Shown here: piece after piece, positions 20,001 through 28,816 of the stretch
Layout: each line of letters begins with the position of its first letter
Position numbering within the stretch: the first letter of the stretch is position 1
NCBI GenBank assembly: GCA_049840735.1
Contig: JASGJN010000022.1
Span: 416,001 to 480,000, forward strand
Length of the DNA stretch: 64,000 nucleotides
Source: Anaeromyxobacter sp.
GTDB lineage: Bacteria; Myxococcota; Myxococcia; Myxococcales; Anaeromyxobacteraceae
Reading direction: 5' to 3'
The notes under the pieces: generated by a model
Seen by the model: the letters and a program-made list of their open reading frames with translations, nothing else
Databases searched by the model: none
Told to the model about the DNA's origin: nothing
Made by a program: the position numbers and the translations under genes

Positions 20001-21754
20001 GAGTCGGCGCCCTCCAGCGTGACCACGCCGCCGGCGCGGAGCGTGCCCAGCACGTCGGCCGGGGCCAGGAAGAAGGGGCGGGCCGACCCGGCGAAGGCGC
20101 CCTGGTCGTCGCGGGCGCGCACCGAGACGCTGTACTTCCAGGGCAGCCGCTCGTCGCCGGCGCCCAGCGCCGGCACCGGGAGCTCCACCGTGGCCTCTCC
20201 GTTCGCGTCCAGCTCGGCGGCCTTGGCCCAAGGGTCCTCGGCGTAGGTGTCGCCGCGGGCCTCCAGCGAGGAGTAGAGCCGCTCCGGCACCGAGAGCTTG
20301 CCCTCGGTGGTGGAGGCGGTGCCGTAGGTCACCGCGCTGCCCTGGCCGCCCAGGCCGGCGTCGTCCACCCAGGCAGGGCTGTCGAGCTGCGTGCGGTAGA
20401 GGAACACCTCGTAGCGCGCCCCCTCCGGCGCGCCGCCGGAGTAGCGGCGGGCGCGGACGTGCACCTTGACCGTGCCGCCGGGCTGGATGGCCTCGGTGTC
20501 GCCGGTCACCTCCACGTAGAAGGTGGGCTTCACGTAGTCGTCCACCCGGGCCTCGGCGCCGTGCGGGGCGCCGTCCACCCGCGCCTCCAGCCGGACCACG
20601 CCCGGCTCCACGTCGCCCGGGACGGAGAGCCGCCCGTAGAAAGCGCCGAACTCGTCCACCTTGGCGCGCGCCTCGAGCTCGCGCCCCTCGGCCACCTGGA
20701 GCGACACCTCCACCTCGCGGCTCTTCGGGGTGAAGAGCCGGGAGAGGAAGGCGTCCGGCTGGCGGACCAGGCCGCGGAAGAGCACGTCGTCGCCGGGGCG
20801 GTAGATGGGCCGGTCGGTGTAGACGAACACGTCCGGCGTGGCCGCCAGGGTGGAGTAGAAGTCGGTGTCGACCAGCGCCTGGTCCTCGCCGGCGCGCGCC
20901 ACCACCATCACCCGCGGCTCGCGGGTGGAGAGCCGCACCTCGCCGCGGTCGCCGGTCTTGCCGCTCGCCACCACGGCGCTGCCGGCCCGCACCTGCACCT
21001 CGGCGCCCTGGACCGGCGCCAGGTCCTGCCCGGCCACGCGGACCAGCAGCTCGCCGTCGGTCTGCTTCACCTGCACCTTGAGGTCGGTGACGACCAGCAC
21101 CACCTGGCCCTCCACCTTCCCCTGCACCAGCTGGACGAGGTAGACGCCAGCCGGGAGCGGGTCGAGCGACACCTTCCGCTCCTCCCAGCTGCCGCCGTTC
21201 CACTCCTCGAAGCCGGGCACGTTGTAGTCGCGCTCCGGGCCGCCCAGGTCCAGGTTGAGCCAGGTCTGGCGCACCAGCGTGGTGCCGGGCGGGAGCCCGA
21301 CCAGCTTCTCCGGCCCCTCCGCCAGCCGCACCACCGGGCGCCGCTGCCCCTCGGTGCCGGTGCGGGCGGGGACCGCCTCGGCCAGCTCCTGCCTGAAGGT
21401 CTCGCCCAGCGCGTTGTAGAGGTAGGTGCCGGGGAGCCGGGCCGCGTTGACGCCGCGCGACAGGTAGCGGCCGGGGTTCTCCTGCGTGTCCGGCTGCGCG
21501 TAGGCGCGGCGCAGGTTGGCCTGCTGGGCCAGGAAGCGGTCCAGCGAGTCCGGCTTCACCACGCGCAGCTCGACCGGGCCGCGCCGCTCGAAGGCCAGCT
21601 CGAGCACGGGCGCCTCGCCGGTGCCGTAGGTGCGCGGGACGGTCAGGTAGAGCGGCTTGGCAGCCTGGGCCGGGGCGGCGGCCAGGGCCAGGGCGGAGAG
21701 CGCCGCCAGCGCCAGGAGGCGCGCGGGCATGGGCGGGGTGCGGATCTTGCTCAC
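17012..21754 (-). CDS. Bacterial alpha-2-macroglobulin (YfaS/MagD-type operon context) with CLEQ thioester motif
   Basis: MG2 motif YTDRPIYRPGD, DTAFWHPAVTTD, YPHGCLEQ, C-terminal PPATIEDMYAP. GTG at 21754 follows GGAGG; ATG at 21730 is an alternative start. Confidence 0.93.
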   Translation of the reverse strand: MSKIRTPPMPARLLALAALSALALAAAPAQAAKPLYLTVPRTYGTGEAPVLELAFERRGPVELRVVKPDSLDRFLAQQANLRRAYAQPDTQENPGRYLSRGVNAARLPGTYLYNALGETFRQELAEAVPARTGTEGQRRPVVRLAEGPEKLVGLPPGTTLVRQTWLNLDLGGPERDYNVPGFEEWNGGSWEERKVSLDPLPAGVYLVQLVQGKVEGQVVLVVTDLKVQVKQTDGELLVRVAGQDLAPVQGAEVQVRAGSAVVASGKTGDRGEVRLSTREPRVMVVARAGEDQALVDTDFYSTLAATPDVFVYTDRPIYRPGDDVLFRGLVRQPDAFLSRLFTPKSREVEVSLQVAEGRELEARAKVDEFGAFYGRLSVPGDVEPGVVRLEARVDGAPHGAEARVDDYVKPTFYVEVTGDTEAIQPGGTVKVHVRARRYSGGAPEGARYEVFLYRTQLDSPAWVDDAGLGGQGSAVTYGTASTTEGKLSVPERLYSSLEARGDTYAEDPWAKAAELDANGEATVELPVPALGAGDERLPWKYSVSVRARDDQGAFAGSARPFFLAPADVLGTLRAGGVVTLEGADSTLAVRSARLSGAALGGVKGKVAFALRRADGDEKKLSEAEFTTGDDGTWRCALPAPAAGTVVARVKLLDAQGHEWSGETSLLVVGKDGQESVRVPALQLASRGGALAPGEEAELVALFPDRWGPDGKAKGRVWVTLSGAGLFETRLVEVDGLSLIHRFPVEKRFGSAVYASVAYPTAAGRWEERTVPFRIVPLERLLQVSISPERPEAEPLGPQTLALRVTDHQGHGVRAQLSVGVVDKAIYALQGELRPRALDFFYPLVRNNVATFTSSEFQGYGYGEALARAFLARGHAFAAVKPPTQQRDVDTAFWHPAVTTDEDGRATVTFPLPANQTIWTVTAVAADASGRFGEGTGEFTARGGTLVVASAPLFLREGDRAVGSVRLARGEKGQAGKVELAVALDGALSGAPVKASVALAAKGEQVIPVALEAAKAGGGRVVLALQGGDRPLADRREVPVRPGSVEQVLTASASGGGRLALELPAGAQVQELQLALRPSTLSLMMAQVDELLTYPHGCLEQLVSTTVPNIALQRLLETSGQLEALDAPSRALLAEARSRSAQGLERILALARPGGGFTWFSGEDQPSVPLTLIALDGLTYAIDAGLLSRDDPRVVESARWIEAREDLPLELEATRVHVLARLDGPRQAVRVRALLARVGEAGNPDLYAVALAALAADRAGIAAEPPVKAALAVLTARARDALAQPAGLQLDPEVAYHYPLRRAGLTAVIGHAASLGEVDVAAARRRLAEALADRGALSTFERSTAILHSLWLVEREAKALKAAPPPEVKAEGGGAVKLEARGAGQSARLDPSVKAVTVAAFEGQAELRARVRVPLASVKAEAQGMSIERRYYRLLPGGQRKPLGAGDKVTQGEEVYVELTLDAHAGDGWRALRSAYTVVEDAVPAGFAPLSEDKAWRGPPYDLPLGHEAVKRRSLSPERALFYLEEPAWWSASPRTVGYVMRAAFPGRFSAPPATIEDMYAPRVHGRTAATTLEIVPSAAR

Positions 21755-21777
21755 GAGCGGAACCCTCCAGGAACGAG

Positions 21778-21849
21778 CCCCTTCGACTTCGCCTGTCCTG
21801 AGCGTAGGCCCGCCTCGCGGGCCGGAGTCGAAGGACTCAGGGCGGACGG
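21778..21849. repeat. REP-like element copy D, flanked by a 28-bp direct duplication
   Basis: CCTTCGAC..TGAGCGTAGGCCCGCCTCGCGGGCCGGAGTCGAAGG core; direct repeats at 21751-21778 and 21865-21892. Confidence 0.8.
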
Positions 21850-21864
21850 CCTTGTTCGGCGCGG

Positions 21865-23322
21865 TCACGAGCGGAACCCTCCGGGCACGAGCTGGCGGTC
21901 CTTCGCGACGCCGCGCAGGCCGACGTACGGCAGCTCCTCCAGCAGGCGGCGGGCCGCCTCGATCTCCGGCGCCACCTTCTTGCCCCGCTCCGAGGTCCAG
22001 GCGTCGCCCAGCAGGCGCGAGAGCGCGCGGCCGGGGTTCACGCCCAGGCCCAGCGAGACCGGCTGGCGCAGCCCCTCGGCCACCGCGGGGGCGGCGTCCA
22101 GCATGGACGGGGCCTTGCCGTTGCAGCTGCGCTGCAGCGTGGCGGCCAGCGCCGGGGTCGAGGCCAGCACCACGTGGCCGCAGGCGCGGGTGGTGGCCAG
22201 CACGTTGCCGCCGCCGGTGAAGGCGTCCTGCAGCGCGGCCGCGTCGCGCTCCGGCCAGGCCAGCGCGACCTCGGTGTCGAGGGCGTCGGCGCCGCGCGGG
22301 TTCCAGACCAGCGCCACCGTCCGCGGCGCGCGCTTGCCGGAGTACTTCCTCGCCAGGTGCGCCTTGAGCGAGGCGCGGTCGAGCGGCTCGGGCAGGTCCA
22401 GCGTGGCCAGCACCACCAGGCCGGCGTCGCCGGGGAGGAGCTTCAGGAGCTTGTCGGAGGGGGCCGCCGCGGCCAGCCGCTGCGGATCCTCCAGCTCGCC
22501 GCCCAGGCCGCGCGGCACCAGCCGCTCGCCCTCGACGCCGAAGAGCAGGCGCGGCGCAGGGCCCAGCCCCAGCAGCGCGAAGCCCAGCTGCGCCTCGCGG
22601 CCGAGCCCCTCGCGCGCGATGGAGACGGCCAGGTCCACGCCGTCGCCGCGCTCGACCGCCGGGGGCGGCAGGCAAATGGCCTGCACCACCGGGATGGGGT
22701 TCTTGGCCAGGTAGAGCTGGCCGTCGCGCTGCGCCGCGAAGACGGCGTGGTCGGCCACCAGCCAGCGCGAGACCACGATCTTCTCCGCCAGGTCCTTGTC
22801 GGCGCCGGGGCAGCGGGCCGCCTCGAAGCGGCCGCTGCGGGTGGCGCCCTCCATCAGCTCGAAGGCGCCGCGCGCCGAGGAGGACGGGTCGGGCACGATC
22901 ACCGCCGGGCTCCCGGTGGCGCCGGGGCCGCCGTAGAGCACCACGCGGAAGGGATTGGCCAGCAGCCGCGAGGCCACCAGGTCCGCCACCGTGCCCTCGA
23001 AGGCGCCGGAGAGGTCGGTGCCGCGCGTCCCCAGGAACGCGCCCCAGTCCCCGCCGAACCCCTTGCCCAGCGGCTCGGCCAGCGCGCGCTTCGTCCACTC
23101 GCTGCGGAGCGAGGCCTTCCAGACCGCCTCGGGCGCGTAGACGTCGGCGTAGATCGACAGCTCCGGCGCGGCGTCGCCGGCCTGGAGGGCGATGGGCGGC
23201 TTGGCGTCGGCGCCGCCGCTGCGGGTGTGCCGGGCCTTCAGCAGGGCCACGCCTGCGACGGAGCCTGCCACGAGCAGGATCGCGCCCGAGGCGGCGAGGA
23301 GGAGCTTCGTTCGGCGGGTCAC
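21865..23322 (-). CDS. Membrane-anchored periplasmic protein, positional YfaA/DUF2138-like member of the macroglobulin operon
   Basis: GTG start overlapping the upstream TGA; MTRRTKLLLAASGAILLVAG single TM; family inferred mainly from synteny. Confidence 0.7.
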   Translation of the reverse strand: MTRRTKLLLAASGAILLVAGSVAGVALLKARHTRSGGADAKPPIALQAGDAAPELSIYADVYAPEAVWKASLRSEWTKRALAEPLGKGFGGDWGAFLGTRGTDLSGAFEGTVADLVASRLLANPFRVVLYGGPGATGSPAVIVPDPSSSARGAFELMEGATRSGRFEAARCPGADKDLAEKIVVSRWLVADHAVFAAQRDGQLYLAKNPIPVVQAICLPPPAVERGDGVDLAVSIAREGLGREAQLGFALLGLGPAPRLLFGVEGERLVPRGLGGELEDPQRLAAAAPSDKLLKLLPGDAGLVVLATLDLPEPLDRASLKAHLARKYSGKRAPRTVALVWNPRGADALDTEVALAWPERDAAALQDAFTGGGNVLATTRACGHVVLASTPALAATLQRSCNGKAPSMLDAAPAVAEGLRQPVSLGLGVNPGRALSRLLGDAWTSERGKKVAPEIEAARRLLEELPYVGLRGVAKDRQLVPGGFRS

Positions 23323-23904
23323 GGGGTCCACTCCTTGAAGCGGTAGAAGCCGAGGAAGAGGGGGTTCTCGGCGGTGGGGCGCCAGCCGCCGGGGGCGTCG
23401 CTGGCCAGCGCCTCCAGCCGGCCCACGCGCACGGCGGCGCCGGGCTCGCCCGGGTGGTAGACGACCAGGGCCTGGCCGTGGCCCGGATCGTCCGGGACCA
23501 CCGCCAGCATGAGGTGGAAGACCGGGCCGGACGCGTCCTCGCGGCCGAAGGCCACCAGGTCGCCGGAGCGGAGCGCCGCGCGGGCCGCCGCGTCGCGCCC
23601 CAGCGGCGCGAAGGAGCCGCGCAGCAGCGTGGCCGCGTCGGCGAAGTGGGCCGGGCGCCCGGCGGCGTCGAGGAAGAGGCCGCGCGCCACCCGCGCCGGC
23701 GCGAAGCGGGCGAAGGCGGTCCGGTAGGCGAAGCGGACCAGCCCTGCGCAGTCGCGCTGCGCCTCCTCCCAGGCCGGATTCGACGCGGCGCCCCTGCGCC
23801 AGCGCCGTCTCGGCGATCATCCGGCGCAGCACCGCCTCCGGCGGCGCCGGGGCGGGCGCCGGCGGCGAGGCCAGCGCCGCGGCCAGGAGGAGCGAGGGGA
23901 GCAT
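23319..23904 (-). CDS. YfaT/DUF1175-like protein (NlpC/P60-type Cys/His); +1 frameshift at ~23780
   Basis: Signal peptide, then (after removing one base) VDPAWEEAQRDCAGLVRFAY..GDLVAF..FHLM..VYHPG..NPLFLGFYRF. Span is 3n+1. Confidence 0.85.
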
Positions 23905-23906
23905 GG

Positions 23907-24812
23907 TCAGTAGGCCTCGCCGCCGTCGCCCTCGTCCGCCGCCTCGCCGTGCGCCAGCCCGGCGGCCACCGCCTCCAGGTTCTGCGGCCAGGGCGCGCCC
24001 GGCGCGGGGTCCTGCCCCGGCACGTAGACGTCCGCCTGCTGCGGGCCGAGCACGTTGACCCAGGCCAGCACGCGGGTGGTGCCGGGCGTGGCCAGCGGCA
24101 CGCGCACCACGCGCTTCACCTCGGCCGGCGTCCCCTCGAACAGCGTCAGGTTGAGCGTGCCCACGGTGTGGGCCTTGTCGCCGGAAGGCCAGTAGTTGGT
24201 GGCGATGAGGAAGACGCCGCGCGGCGGGGCGCGGTGGATGTAGAGGTAGGGGCCGTAGCCGGGCTGGTCGAAGCTGCCGCCCTGCTCGTTGAGGAAGAAG
24301 GTGCCGCCGCTCGGGCTGGCGGTGCGGGCCCAGTAGACGTGGGCCATCTTCGCGAGCTGCAGCGCGCCGTCCGGCCCCACCGAGGCGGCGGTGGGCTCGT
24401 AGATGTGCAGGTCGGTGTAGACGCCGTCGGTGTCGCTGGTCAGGACCGCGCGCAGCGGGACCGGCGGGACCTGGGCGTAGCAGGTGACCTGGGCGGTGGT
24501 GGTGCCGCCGCGGTTGGTGCCCAGCGCGGTGACCACGTTCTTGCCGGCGGCCGCCGGGAACTTGCGCGAGAACCGGCCCTGGCTGGTCCGCAGCAGGTAG
24601 CGGTCGCCGTTGATCGAGATGGTGATGGGGTCCACGGTGGGGTCGGAGACCGTCCCCTCCACCAGGATCATCCGCCCCACGCTCCAGCCGCCCGAGGGGG
24701 CGGTGAGGTGGATCTCCGGCCGCTGCGTGCCCTGACCGATGGGCATGCCGGCGTCGCGCGCCGGCGCGGGGCCGGCGGCGAGCAGGAGGGCTGCGAGCGT
24801 GGCTGCGAGCAT
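23907..24812 (-). CDS. YfaP/DUF2135-like secreted protein
   Basis: Signal peptide, Ig-like N-domain, LRAVLTSDTDGVYTDLHIYEP, GYGP, NYW motifs; first gene of the operon. Confidence 0.8.
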   Translation of the reverse strand: MLAATLAALLLAAGPAPARDAGMPIGQGTQRPEIHLTAPSGGWSVGRMILVEGTVSDPTVDPITISINGDRYLLRTSQGRFSRKFPAAAGKNVVTALGTNRGGTTTAQVTCYAQVPPVPLRAVLTSDTDGVYTDLHIYEPTAASVGPDGALQLAKMAHVYWARTASPSGGTFFLNEQGGSFDQPGYGPYLYIHRAPPRGVFLIATNYWPSGDKAHTVGTLNLTLFEGTPAEVKRVVRVPLATPGTTRVLAWVNVLGPQQADVYVPGQDPAPGAPWPQNLEAVAAGLAHGEAADEGDGGEAY

Positions 24813-25138
24813 CGATGGACCCCTCATCCCGCGCGGTTGGCCAGTGCTCCCGCCCGCGGCGAGGCCACGGGCAGCCGAGCGGGGGCGCGATGATACCCGA
24901 GCGTGTCGCCCGGCTCGCCTCGCAAAGCCCGGGCCAGGTCGTCGCATGGGTCCAGGCGGCCGAAAGGTGCGGTCCGGCAGCAGATTCGCGCCCCTTGTGT
25001 CGCCGCCCGGACACGCGGCCGGTGCGTCCGGCCGGCGACGGCGCAGGTGCCCGCCCCGCACCCGCCTGGCCGCGGCGATTGACCTTGCGTGCCTGGCGTT
25101 CCCGCGTCATCCACCTGGGACTCCCCGGAGCCGCGCCC

Positions 25139-26212
25139 TTGACCCCCCATCCCTCGATCCTGGCCGTCGGCCGCGCGCTCCCGCCCCACGCGGTGGACCA
25201 GGAGACGCTCATCGCCGCGCTCTCCACCTACTGGCAGGCCAGGCACTTCAACGTCGAGCGCCTGGCCGACCTGCACCGGGCGACGCGGGTGGGCTCCCGC
25301 CACCTGGCGCTGCCGCTGGCGGAGTACGCCGGCCTCGACACCTTCGCGAAGAGCAACGCCGCCTACGCCAGGGTGGGCGCCGAGGTGGGCGAGGCGGCGG
25401 TGCGGGCCGCGCTGGCGCAGGCCGGGCTCGGGCCGGGCGACGTGGACCACCTCTTCTTCGTCACCGTCACCGGCGTGGCCACGCCCTCGCTGGACGCGCG
25501 GCTGGTCAACCGGCTCGGCCTCCCGGCGCACGTGAAGCGGACGCCCATCTTCGGCCTGGGGTGCCAGGCCGGCGCCTCCGGCCTGGCGCGCGCCTCGGAC
25601 GTGCTGCGCGCCTTCCCGGGCCAGGTGGCGGTGCTGCTCTCGGTGGAGCTCTGCTCGCTCACGCTGCAGCGCGAGGACGTCTCGGTGCCCAACGTGATCG
25701 CCAGCGGGCTGTTCGGCGACGGCGCGGCGGCGGCGGTGCTGGCCGGCGGGGACCGGCCGGGCCGGCCCGGGCTGCGCGCCCCGCGGGTGCTTGCGACGCG
25801 CGCCACCTTCTACCCCGACACCGAGTGGGTGATGGGCTGGGACGTGGTGGACAGCGGCTTCAAGGTGGTGCTGTCGGCGCAGGTGCCGCAGGTGGTGAAG
25901 GCGCACGTGGGCGCCGACGTGGACCGCTTCCTGGCCGACCACGGCCTGGACCGCGGGCGGATCCGCCACTGGATTGCCCACACCGGCGGGCCCAAGGTGC
26001 TGGAGGCGTTCCAGGGGGCGCTGGCGCTCCCGGACGGCGCGCTGGCGCGCTCGTGGCGCTCGCTGGAGGAGGTGGGCAACCTCTCGTCGGCCTCGGTGCT
26101 GTTCGTGCTGGGGGAGCTGCTGGAGGCCGGCGAGGCCCGCGAGGGCGACCTGGGGCTCCTGGCGGCCATGGGGCCGGGCTTCTCCTCCGAGCTGGTGCTG
26201 CTCCAGTGGTGA
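25139..26212 (+). CDS. Type III polyketide synthase (chalcone synthase-like; FtpA/SrsA-like)
   Basis: Cys-His-Asn triad: GLGCQAG, HTGGPKV, GNLSSASV; GPGF. TTG start at 25139 is tentative. Confidence 0.93.
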   Translation: MTPHPSILAVGRALPPHAVDQETLIAALSTYWQARHFNVERLADLHRATRVGSRHLALPLAEYAGLDTFAKSNAAYARVGAEVGEAAVRAALAQAGLGPGDVDHLFFVTVTGVATPSLDARLVNRLGLPAHVKRTPIFGLGCQAGASGLARASDVLRAFPGQVAVLLSVELCSLTLQREDVSVPNVIASGLFGDGAAAAVLAGGDRPGRPGLRAPRVLATRATFYPDTEWVMGWDVVDSGFKVVLSAQVPQVVKAHVGADVDRFLADHGLDRGRIRHWIAHTGGPKVLEAFQGALALPDGALARSWRSLEEVGNLSSASVLFVLGELLEAGEAREGDLGLLAAMGPGFSSELVLLQW

Positions 26213-26775
26213 GCGCCCTGGACCTCGGGCGCGCGGTGCTGGCCGCGGTGGCGCTGGAGCGCCTGGCGGAGCTCGTCCTCTCCGCGCGCCACGCCCGCGC
26301 GCTGCGGGCCCGCGGCGCGGTCGAGGCCGGGCGCGGCCACTACCCGGCCATGGTGGGCTTCCACGCGGCGGTGCTGGCGGCCTGCGCGCTGGAGCCGCTC
26401 GTCCGGCCCGGCGCCTGGCCGCTGGCGGCGGCGCTGGCCGGAGCCGCCGGCGTGGCGGCGGCCCAGGCGCTGCGCTGGTGGGCGGTGGTGACGCTGGGTG
26501 AACGCTGGACCACGCGCGTGCTGGTGCTGCCCGGGGCGCCGCCGGTGGTGGGCGGCCCCTACCGCTGGCTGCGCCACCCCAACTACGCCGCGGTGGCGCT
26601 GGAGCTCGCGGCGCTGCCGCTGGCGGCCGGCGCCTGGCGGACGGCCATCGCCGCCACGCTGGGCAACGCGCTCCTGCTGGCGGTCCGGATCCGGGTGGAG
26701 GAGCGGGCGCTGGGGAGCGGCTGGGCGGCGGCCTTCGACCGGCCCCGCCGCGGCGCGGGGAGGGTGCACGGATGA
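26209..26775 (+). CDS. ICMT-family membrane methyltransferase (FtpB/SrsB-like)
   Basis: ERLAEL, GPYRWLRHPNY, RIRVEERAL; GTGA overlap with the PKS gene. Confidence 0.9.
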   Translation: MSALDLGRAVLAAVALERLAELVLSARHARALRARGAVEAGRGHYPAMVGFHAAVLAACALEPLVRPGAWPLAAALAGAAGVAAAQALRWWAVVTLGERWTTRVLVLPGAPPVVGGPYRWLRHPNYAAVALELAALPLAAGAWRTAIAATLGNALLLAVRIRVEERALGSGWAAAFDRPRRGAGRVHG

Positions 26776-27029
26776 CGGCGGGCGAGCAGCGGGTGGCGGA
26801 CGAGATCCTGCGCCTGGCGCGCGAGGAGCTGCAGCTGCGCGGCCCGGTCCCGCGGGCGGACGAGCCGCTGGCCGGCGCGCTCGACTCGCTGGCGCTGCTG
26901 TCGCTGGTGGTGGCGGTGGAGGACCGGTTCCGGGTGGCGCTGCGGGACGACGACACGGCGGGGCTGCAGACGCTGGAGGACCTGGCGCGGCTGGTGGCGG
27001 CGCGAGCCGGCCCGGAGGTGCTGCCGTGA
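26772..27029 (+). CDS. Acyl carrier protein
   Basis: LDSLALLSLVVAVEDRF phosphopantetheine motif; ATGA overlap. Confidence 0.9.
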   Translation: MTAGEQRVADEILRLAREELQLRGPVPRADEPLAGALDSLALLSLVVAVEDRFRVALRDDDTAGLQTLEDLARLVAARAGPEVLP

Positions 27030-28816
27030 TCCTGCGCGGCCCGCCCGCCCCGCCGCCCCGCTGGCCCACCCTGGTGGACGCGCTGGGGCCGGCCGCGCGC
27101 ACGGCCACCGGCGTCACCTTCGTGGACCTGCAGGAGCGCGAGACCTTCCTGCCCTGGCCGGAGGTGTTCGCGCGCGGCGAGCGGGCCGCGGCGGCGCTGG
27201 CCGCGCACGGGGTCCGCCCGGGCGACCGGGTGGCCATCGTCCTGCGCACCGAGCCGGCCTTCCTGGACGCGTTCCTGGGGGCCTGGCTGTGCGGCGCGGT
27301 GCCGGTGCCGCTCTACCCGCCGGTGCGGCTGGGCCGGCTGGAGGAGTACGCCGCGGCCACCGCGCGGATGGTGCAGGTGTCCGGCGCGCGGGTGATCGTC
27401 ACCGGCGGCGGCACGCGGCAGCTGCTGGGGCCGGTGGTGGAGCGGGCCCGGCCGGCGCTGGGCGCGCTGGAGGCGGCGCGGCTGCTGGACGGGACGGCGC
27501 GGCTGGCGCTCCCGGCGCGGCCGGAGGCCACCGGCCTGGTGCAGTTCTCCTCCGGCTCGACCGTGGACCCCAAGCCGGTGGCGCTCTCGCACGGCGCCCT
27601 GCGGGCCATGACCGACGCGCTGGTGGCGGCCACCGATCCCGACGCGCGCGACGTGATGGTCTCCTGGCTGCCGCTCTACCACGACATGGGGCTGATCGGC
27701 TGCCTGCTCTCGGCCATGGTCTACCCGGGGCCGCTGGTGCTGATCGCGCCGGAGCACTTCCTGGCCCGGCCGGCGCTCTGGCCGCGGGCGGTGGCGCGCC
27801 ACCGCGGCACCCTCTCGGCCGCGCCCAGCTTCGCCTTCGCCTACGTGGCCGATCGCGTGCGCCCCGCCGACCTGGAGGGCTGCTCGCTGTCCAGCTGGCG
27901 GCGGGTGCTGGACGGGGCCGAGCCGATCTCGGGCCAGGCGCTCCGCCGCTTCGCCGCGCACCTGGCGCCGCACGGCCTCGACCCGCGGGCGTTGCTGCCG
28001 GTGTACGGCCTCTCCGAGGCGGCGCTGGCGGTCACCTTCGCGCGACCGGGGGCGCCGCTCACCGGGCGGCGGATCGACCCGGTGCGGCTGGCGCGCGACG
28101 GCGAGGTGGCGCCGGGCGGGCGCGAGGTGCTGTCGGTGGGGCAGCCGGTGCCGGGGGTCGAGGTGGCGGTGCGCGACCGCGCCGGCCAGCCCTGTCCGGA
28201 GGGGCGGCTGGGGCGCCTCTTCGTGCGCGGGCCGGCGCTGATGGACGGCTACCTGGGCGATCCGGAGGCCACCGCGCGGGCGCTGCGCGGGGGCTGGCTC
28301 GACACCGGCGACCTGGGGTTCGTCGCCGACGGCGAGCTGTACGTGCACGGCCGCGCCAAGGACGTGGTGATCGTGCGCGGCGCCAACCACGCGCCGGAGG
28401 AGTTCGAGGCCCCGCTGGCGGGCGTGCCCGGGCTGCGGCCGGGCTGCGCGGTGGCGCTGGGGTTCACGCCGCCGCAGGGCGGGGAGGGGCTGCTGGTCCT
28501 GGCGGAGCGGGCGCGCGAGGTGGACGGCGGCGAGCCGGCGCAGGCGCTGGAGGAGCGGATCCGCCGGGCGGTGGCGGCGGCCACCGGGGTGGTGCCGGAC
28601 GAGGTCCGGCTGCTGGCGCCTGGCACGCTGCCGCGCACCTCCTCCGGCAAGCTGCGTCGGGCCGAGGCGCTGCGGCGCTTCCAGGCCGGCCAGCTGACGC
28701 CGCCGCGGCCGGCCACGGCGCTGCGGGTGGCGCTGGCGGCGGCCCGCTCGCAGCTGGCCTGGATGCGGGCCCGGTGGCGGGGGCCGCTCCGCGCCGCGCG
28801 CGGGGAGGACCCGTGA
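27026..28816 (+). CDS. Fatty acyl-AMP ligase (FAAL)
   Basis: QFSSGST, WLPLYHDMGLIG, YGLSEA, TGDLGF, PRTSSGKL; GTG start at 27026. Confidence 0.92.
   Translation: MILRGPPAPPPRWPTLVDALGPAARTATGVTFVDLQERETFLPWPEVFARGERAAAALAAHGVRPGDRVAIVLRTEPAFLDAFLGAWLCGAVPVPLYPPVRLGRLEEYAAATARMVQVSGARVIVTGGGTRQLLGPVVERARPALGALEAARLLDGTARLALPARPEATGLVQFSSGSTVDPKPVALSHGALRAMTDALVAATDPDARDVMVSWLPLYHDMGLIGCLLSAMVYPGPLVLIAPEHFLARPALWPRAVARHRGTLSAAPSFAFAYVADRVRPADLEGCSLSSWRRVLDGAEPISGQALRRFAAHLAPHGLDPRALLPVYGLSEAALAVTFARPGAPLTGRRIDPVRLARDGEVAPGGREVLSVGQPVPGVEVAVRDRAGQPCPEGRLGRLFVRGPALMDGYLGDPEATARALRGGWLDTGDLGFVADGELYVHGRAKDVVIVRGANHAPEEFEAPLAGVPGLRPGCAVALGFTPPQGGEGLLVLAERAREVDGGEPAQALEERIRRAVAAATGVVPDEVRLLAPGTLPRTSSGKLRRAEALRRFQAGQLTPPRPATALRVALAAARSQLAWMRARWRGPLRAARGEDP

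Noticed and set aside
14843..22714. 2623-aa plus-strand ORF, and similar long ORFs such as 10421-13537, 24824-28390, 38333-41767 and 56994-59804
   Set aside because: Antisense shadows of real genes; stop-poor frames are expected at this GC content, and the products are Arg/Gly/Ala-rich without motifs.
21865..25227. 1120-aa ORF, and the 2028-aa N-terminal extension of the macroglobulin ORF
   Set aside because: Chimeric read-through of off-frame sequence; real starts with signal peptides lie at 23322 and 21754/21730.
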